Source of the DNA: Patescibacteria group bacterium | GTDB taxonomy: Bacteria; Patescibacteriota; UBA1384; XYA2-FULL-43-10; 1-14-0-10-43-13 | Length of the DNA: 64,000 bases | Direction: 5' to 3' | Assembly: GCA_041649155.1 (NCBI GenBank) | Contig: JBAZNP010000001.1 | Span: 67,581-131,580 of the forward strand | In this document: positions 59,194-64,000 of the stretch, one piece after another | Numbering within the stretch: position 1 is the first letter of the stretch | Layout: each line of letters opens with the position of its first letter | Notes under the pieces: model-generated | What the model was told of the DNA's origin: nothing | Databases searched by the model: none | Seen by the model: the letters and a program-made list of their open reading frames with translations, nothing else | Translations under genes and position numbers: made by a program

Positions 59194-60240
59194 TTAACTT
59201 GTTTTGCCCTTAATCTCCGGAAAGACAATGTCAATAATTTCTTTAGCGACATTTCTGGGCTTTCCCTTATAAGGAAAATGATGCATGCTAATCATTGGAC
59301 TAGCGTTAATTTCAATAATAGCATATGAATCTTTCGTTTGCTCTTTTGTAATGTCTTTGGTAATAAAATCAACTCCGCCATAAGGCAACTCAGGAATAGA
59401 ATTAATCGCTTTTATTGCGATTTCTTTTACTGAGGAATGTGCGATGTCTGTGCAATCAATGCTATCTCCTCCTGTTGAAAGATTGGAATTACTTCGCAAA
59501 AATATCTGCTTACCGGAAGAAATAACACTATTTAAAGATAATCTTTGATTCTTTAAAGAACTTCTTACAACATTATCAATTTCTATTTTTAAAAGAGGCT
59601 TTTTGTAATCATGACCACCTCTCCGAGAATCACTGTTTTTTATCTCAATTAACTCTTTTACAGTGTGTTTTCCATCACCTATGACATTTGCCGGTACGCG
59701 ACAAATAATCCCGACTACATTATTTCTTGAAGCCAATATCCTGTATTCCAAACCGCCAACAAATTGTTCCTCAACAATAACTTCTCTATGCCCTCGTTTT
59801 TTACACTGTCCTACTTTTTTGAGCAGGTCAGAAGCTTTTTCAATATTAACCATCACACATTCGCCTCCATAGGTATCATTGGCAGGCTTAACGACTAAAG
59901 GCTTGGTTAACTGCTCATAAGCGTCAAGGATACTCTTCCTGTTTGAAACGCTTAGCTTGACTCCGCTAGAAACACTTAGTCCTGCTCTTTTTAAAAATAT
60001 TTTTGTTTGATGTTTGTCATTGAGTATTTTTACCGCATGAGAACTAAATCCCAAACTATTGTTATCAATTCTAAGAGTTCTTACTTTGTCATTATGACGG
60101 AGAATAAAAAAATCGCTCCCCTCAACATGCTCTGACTGAATCCCGCGATTTATCGCTTCCTCCAAAATTAGAAAGGAATTTAAACTGGGAGACGAGTTGG
60201 ACATGGCAGGCTTTAATTTAAAAAAATCATCTTTATTCAT
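59194..60240 (-). CDS. ATP-grasp ligase, cyanophycin synthetase/GshF C-terminal-like
   Basis: VVKP, RVPANVIGDG.HT..ELI..KN...RRG, NLSTGG, GVD, IEINASP. Confidence 0.85.
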   Translation of the reverse strand: MNKDDFFKLKPAMSNSSPSLNSFLILEEAINRGIQSEHVEGSDFFILRHNDKVRTLRIDNNSLGFSSHAVKILNDKHQTKIFLKRAGLSVSSGVKLSVSNRKSILDAYEQLTKPLVVKPANDTYGGECVMVNIEKASDLLKKVGQCKKRGHREVIVEEQFVGGLEYRILASRNNVVGIICRVPANVIGDGKHTVKELIEIKNSDSRRGGHDYKKPLLKIEIDNVVRSSLKNQRLSLNSVISSGKQIFLRSNSNLSTGGDSIDCTDIAHSSVKEIAIKAINSIPELPYGGVDFITKDITKEQTKDSYAIIEINASPMISMHHFPYKGKPRNVAKEIIDIVFPEIKGKTS

Positions 60241-60322
60241 ACGGTTTATTGTCCTTACGATTGATTAATATACCAAAATCAGCTATAATATTTAAAGCTT
60301 TCCTAGTAAGAGTATACAAAAA

Positions 60323-61858
60323 ATGGAAGAATTTAAAAAGGTTCAAAGAAAATTAAAACTCAATAAGAGACTAGCAAACTTCAACTATCGAGGAGAGCGA
60401 ACTTTTGTTGTACTTTCTGGCCTTAATCACAGCAATCGAAACCTCAAGTCCATTAAGGGATTGTCTTTTTATGAAGAAAGAATGCTCTTTTTCCTTTTTC
60501 TATTACGATATAAAAGAACTAAAATTATTTACATAACCTCAAAAGGTTTTAATAAAGAACTATTTGATTACTACTTGGATCTTATATCTGATAACGAAAA
60601 AGATTTTCTAGAAAAGAAAAAACGCTTAACTTGCATCGAAGTCGATGATAAAAGACCAGTAGCCCTTGCACAAAAAATGATAGACGATTCACAATCTATT
60701 GAAAAAGTGATTAATTCAATTACTGATCATAAAACTGCATTACTGCGCTGCTATAACCCAACCAATCTCGAAAGATCTTTGGCCGTTAAACTAAACGTAC
60801 CTCTTTTTGCCTCTGAAGAAAAACACGATTTTGTCGGATCAAAAAGTGGTGGGCGAAAAGTGTTTAAATTGTCAGGAGCAAATTTGATACCGGGATACAG
60901 TTACTTAAAAAATTCAGATGAATTGTTTTTAGCTATGGCTCGTTTAACAAAAAAACATCCAGAAACTAAAAAAATGATGGTTAAGATTAATTATGCCGCT
61001 TCTGGACAGGGAAACTGCATATTTAGATTAGATGATTTTATAAAAAAAACTGAGGTTATAATTACAAAAACATCAGTTGAATCTTTGTCTGAGTTGATAA
61101 GAAGAAATTTTGACAACCATGCTGATTTTGAGATTAAAGGCTTGGCTGCCGCTAAATATTTGCAAATGTTTGAATCAAAAGGGGGCATAGCTGAGTTGTT
61201 TATATCTGGCGAAACCAAATACTCGCCAAGCGTACAAATATCAATTAATGCAGAGGGGAAACCAACCGTTTTATCTACTCATGAACAGATCTTGGGAGGT
61301 CAGGACAAACAAAAATATCTTGGCTGCACTTTTCCCAGTCTAACGTCACATCGCAAACTCATTATAAAAGAGGGTAATAAAATTGCTGAATGGATGGCCA
61401 AAAAAGGAATTATTGGTAATTTTGCAATCGATTTTGTTGTGGTCCACCCTGAGGGATCAAAAAATCCCATAGTTTACCCGATTGAAATCAATCTAAGAAA
61501 AGGCGGCACAACTCATCCTTTTAGAATTGCCTTCTTCTTAACTGGAGCAAAATACAACAAAAACAGAGGTATTCTGCATTGCGGTAAAGTTCTGATCCAT
61601 TATCTATCTATGGACATAATTGAATCCGAAAAATACAAAAAGATAAAACCGATGAAATTAATAGAACTTGTTCATAATAGTAAAATTAGTTTTAATAAGA
61701 ATACCAAAAAAGGCGCTTTGGTTTATATGCCCGGAATGGTCAAAGAATTTGGAAGATTTGGGGCAATTTGCATTGGTCATAGCGATTCCGAAGCGAAGCG
61801 CATATATAATAAAATGATAAAACTAATAGAAGCTAATATTGAGCTCCTAGAAAAATAG
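60323..61858 (+). CDS. PGM1-related peptide ligase (ATP-grasp)
   Basis: YEERMLF.L.LL, GSKSG.R, SPSVQ, STHEQ.LGG, EINLRKGGTTHP. Confidence 0.8.
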   Translation: MEEFKKVQRKLKLNKRLANFNYRGERTFVVLSGLNHSNRNLKSIKGLSFYEERMLFFLFLLRYKRTKIIYITSKGFNKELFDYYLDLISDNEKDFLEKKKRLTCIEVDDKRPVALAQKMIDDSQSIEKVINSITDHKTALLRCYNPTNLERSLAVKLNVPLFASEEKHDFVGSKSGGRKVFKLSGANLIPGYSYLKNSDELFLAMARLTKKHPETKKMMVKINYAASGQGNCIFRLDDFIKKTEVIITKTSVESLSELIRRNFDNHADFEIKGLAAAKYLQMFESKGGIAELFISGETKYSPSVQISINAEGKPTVLSTHEQILGGQDKQKYLGCTFPSLTSHRKLIIKEGNKIAEWMAKKGIIGNFAIDFVVVHPEGSKNPIVYPIEINLRKGGTTHPFRIAFFLTGAKYNKNRGILHCGKVLIHYLSMDIIESEKYKKIKPMKLIELVHNSKISFNKNTKKGALVYMPGMVKEFGRFGAICIGHSDSEAKRIYNKMIKLIEANIELLEK

Positions 61859-61860
61859 GC

Positions 61861-62856
61861 CTAGTCCTTCTTTACGCCTTTTAAGTAATCTGCGGCCTCT
61901 TCCGGCGACATCACATTTATAATGACCTCACTACCTAGTTCAAACCCACCAAAATTTGAGACTCTTGGTATGATCTCTAAATGCCAATGGTAGGAAGCGG
62001 CATCTTCTAAAATGGTTGGAAGCGTATGAATATATAGGTTCAACGGCGGATTTTTTAGCGTCTTGTCTAATTTATAAAGCGTTTCCATCAAAGCGTCTGC
62101 CAGGTCTGCCATGCTCTTTTTTGAAGTCATTTCGAATTGGCTCTCATGCTTTTTAGGGTAGATCCAAGTTTCAAATGGAAATCTGGCAGCAAAAAATGTG
62201 ATTGCGACAAAATTTTCATTTTCATAAACAATTCTGGCTTTTTCTTTTAGTTCATGCGCTATAATATCGCAAAAAACACAATTTCCATTTATGCCAAAAT
62301 AACGATCAGCGCCATCAAGCTCTTTGCCGACAGTGTTTGCGATAACACCTGAAGCAAATATCTGAGCATGTGGATGATCTATAGAGGCACCAGCTTCCGC
62401 TCCGTGGTTATAAATCGGCATGATTGAAGCTAATTTTTCATTTTCCTTCATCCAAAGATAACGATCACGAATAACTTCAAGAAGTTCCTTGGCTATGTTC
62501 TTCGGCAATTTGTTCAATGAAAGATCATGATTTTTAATGACCACTACCTCATGATCACCGATTGATTCTTTGGCGCGATAAAACCCTTCTTCGGGATAAA
62601 AACTTCTAAGGCTTGCCTTGTTTCCTTTTTCAATAAAAGCAGGAAATTTATTTTCAATGACATAAATATTTTCAGTAGATGCTTTTTTAACTTTTTCGTT
62701 TAGAATATATTTTTCAGTACCAGCACAAAAAGGGCATTTTGTCTTGTCAGACACTTTAATGCTTTCCGGCATTACAAAATCCTGTGGCCTTTTTGCTCTC
62801 TCCGGAGCAATAACTACCCAATCACCTGTTATGATATTTTGTCTAAGTTGTGGCAC
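61861..62856 (-). CDS. galT: Galactose-1-phosphate uridylyltransferase (GalT family)
   Basis: RAKRP, CPFC, NKFP, GAS..HPHAQ. Confidence 0.93.
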   Translation of the reverse strand: MPQLRQNIITGDWVVIAPERAKRPQDFVMPESIKVSDKTKCPFCAGTEKYILNEKVKKASTENIYVIENKFPAFIEKGNKASLRSFYPEEGFYRAKESIGDHEVVVIKNHDLSLNKLPKNIAKELLEVIRDRYLWMKENEKLASIMPIYNHGAEAGASIDHPHAQIFASGVIANTVGKELDGADRYFGINGNCVFCDIIAHELKEKARIVYENENFVAITFFAARFPFETWIYPKKHESQFEMTSKKSMADLADALMETLYKLDKTLKNPPLNLYIHTLPTILEDAASYHWHLEIIPRVSNFGGFELGSEVIINVMSPEEAADYLKGVKKD

Positions 62857-62896
62857 GAACCCTCCTTTTTGTCGGGAATTTTTAATTTAAAATTAA

Positions 62897-63391
62897 CTAT
62901 TTCTCAATCCACTTTGCTGTTTGGGCATGCGTAATTGCAATGGCCAGCGCATCTGCGGCATCATCCGGCTTTGGACACTCTTTCAGTGAACAGGTCATGC
63001 GAACCATTTCCTGCATTTGTTTTTTGTCGGCTCTGCCATAACCAGTCAGCGCTTGTTTTACCTGCAGCGGAGTGTATTCGTAAACTTCTAAACCATTAGA
63101 CATCGCTGCAATAATAGCGACACCTCTTGCCTGAGCCACGCTCATCACTGTTTTCTGATTTTTAAAGAAAAATAAATCTTCAATTGCTATACAATCAGGT
63201 TTATTTTTTTTAATTATATCACACAAAGAATTGTAAATTATCAAAAGCCGGTCCGGCAGCGGAGAATTGGCCAGAGTTCGGACGCAACCATATTTTAAAG
63301 GCTTGATTTTGCCTTTGGAGTCCTTTTCGATCAGTCCCCAACCAAGAATTCCAGTTCCAGGATCAATACCTAGAATTTTTATGTTTTTCAT
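62897..63391 (-). CDS. ruvC: Holliday junction resolvase RuvC
   Basis: ILGIDPG, ED.FF, QARGV, PDDAADALAIA. Confidence 0.98.
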   Translation of the reverse strand: MKNIKILGIDPGTGILGWGLIEKDSKGKIKPLKYGCVRTLANSPLPDRLLIIYNSLCDIIKKNKPDCIAIEDLFFFKNQKTVMSVAQARGVAIIAAMSNGLEVYEYTPLQVKQALTGYGRADKKQMQEMVRMTCSLKECPKPDDAADALAIAITHAQTAKWIEK

Positions 63392-63451
63392 AAGAAAAAA
63401 TTTTCACAAATGAATGGCTAATCTGTACTAATAACTAATTTACTAATATTA

Positions 63452-63485
63452 ACCTCACCCAACCTCTCCTTCGTAAGGAGAGGGG
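63452..63485. repeat. CCTCTCC...GGAGAGG short palindromic element; relatives near 25958-25990 and 34472-34494
   Basis: CCTCACCCAACCTCTCCTTCGTAAGGAGAGGGG. Confidence 0.55.
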
Positions 63486-63525
63486 CCATTCGTATATTGG
63501 CCATTGGTTCAAATTCGTCATCCAT

Positions 63526-64000
63526 TTATAAGTTCAAATTTGTAAAAACATTGTTGATGTCATCCAGGTCATCGATTTTATCCATCAAGCTCAAGATCGA
63601 TTTTTTCTTATCTTCCGGTAGATCTATTAAATTTTCTGCAATTTGAGTAAACTCCGCAGAATCAATTATTATACCAGCATCCTCCAAAGCTTTTTTCACC
63701 GGATGCAATGACTGAAAAGTTGTTTCAATAACATATAAATTTTCTTCTTTTTCAAAATTTTCAGCACCAGAATCAATAATTGCCAACTCCAAGTCTTCGC
63801 CCTTGAGCGAATTTTTGTCTTCCTCAATGATTAACTGGCCAATTTTTTTAAACTGAAATGCCACGCTTCCTGAAGTGGCAAGCGAACCGCTTGCTTTATT
63901 TAAAAGCGCTTTGATTTCGCCAAGAGTTCTATTTTTATTGTCGGTTAAACATTCAATCAGCATTGCAACGCCAAAAGGCGCATAGGCTTCATAGATGATT
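63526..64000 (-). CDS. yebC: YebC/PmpR family regulator (5'-truncated by window edge)
   Basis: YEAYAP.GVA..IECLTDNKNRT, GSVAFQF, DDLDDINNVFTN; upstream of ruvC. Confidence 0.95.
   Translation of the reverse strand, partial: IIYEAYAPFGVAMLIECLTDNKNRTLGEIKALLNKASGSLATSGSVAFQFKKIGQLIIEEDKNSLKGEDLELAIIDSGAENFEKEENLYVIETTFQSLHPVKKALEDAGIIIDSAEFTQIAENLIDLPEDKKKSILSLMDKIDDLDDINNVFTNLNL

Overview
AT-rich bacterial chromosome segment, standard genetic code. Gene content and style suggest a Patescibacteria/CPR genome (inference). The backbone carries smpB, HU, ymdB, rny, eno, gpmA, prsA, an LCP protein, tsaB/tsaE, queA, two queH-like genes, ruvABC, yebC, glycosyltransferases and 11 tRNAs. Accessory blocks: (i) an island at tRNA-Arg(TCT) with a radical SAM/SPASM enzyme and an unannotated 31-aa precursor-like ORF; (ii) a PEP-CTERM protein between tRNAs; (iii) a response regulator / unannotated 37-aa Trp-tailed peptide / membrane histidine kinase / fused class II terpene cyclase + ComQ-like isoprenoid-synthase locus, which looks like a ComQXPA-analogous terpenylated-peptide signalling system and is the top candidate for a new system; (iv) a defence island with a PaaX/Cas2-fold gene bracketed by 38-bp palindromes, a LexA-like gene in front of a CBASS (CD-NTase + Cap15), an HNH gene and an MvaI/BcnI restriction-modification pair; (v) two ATP-grasp ligases and sugar genes between ruvC and ruvA. 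Palindromic repeat elements are inserted in frame in queH and queA. All calls come from motif recognition by eye; no database searches were run.
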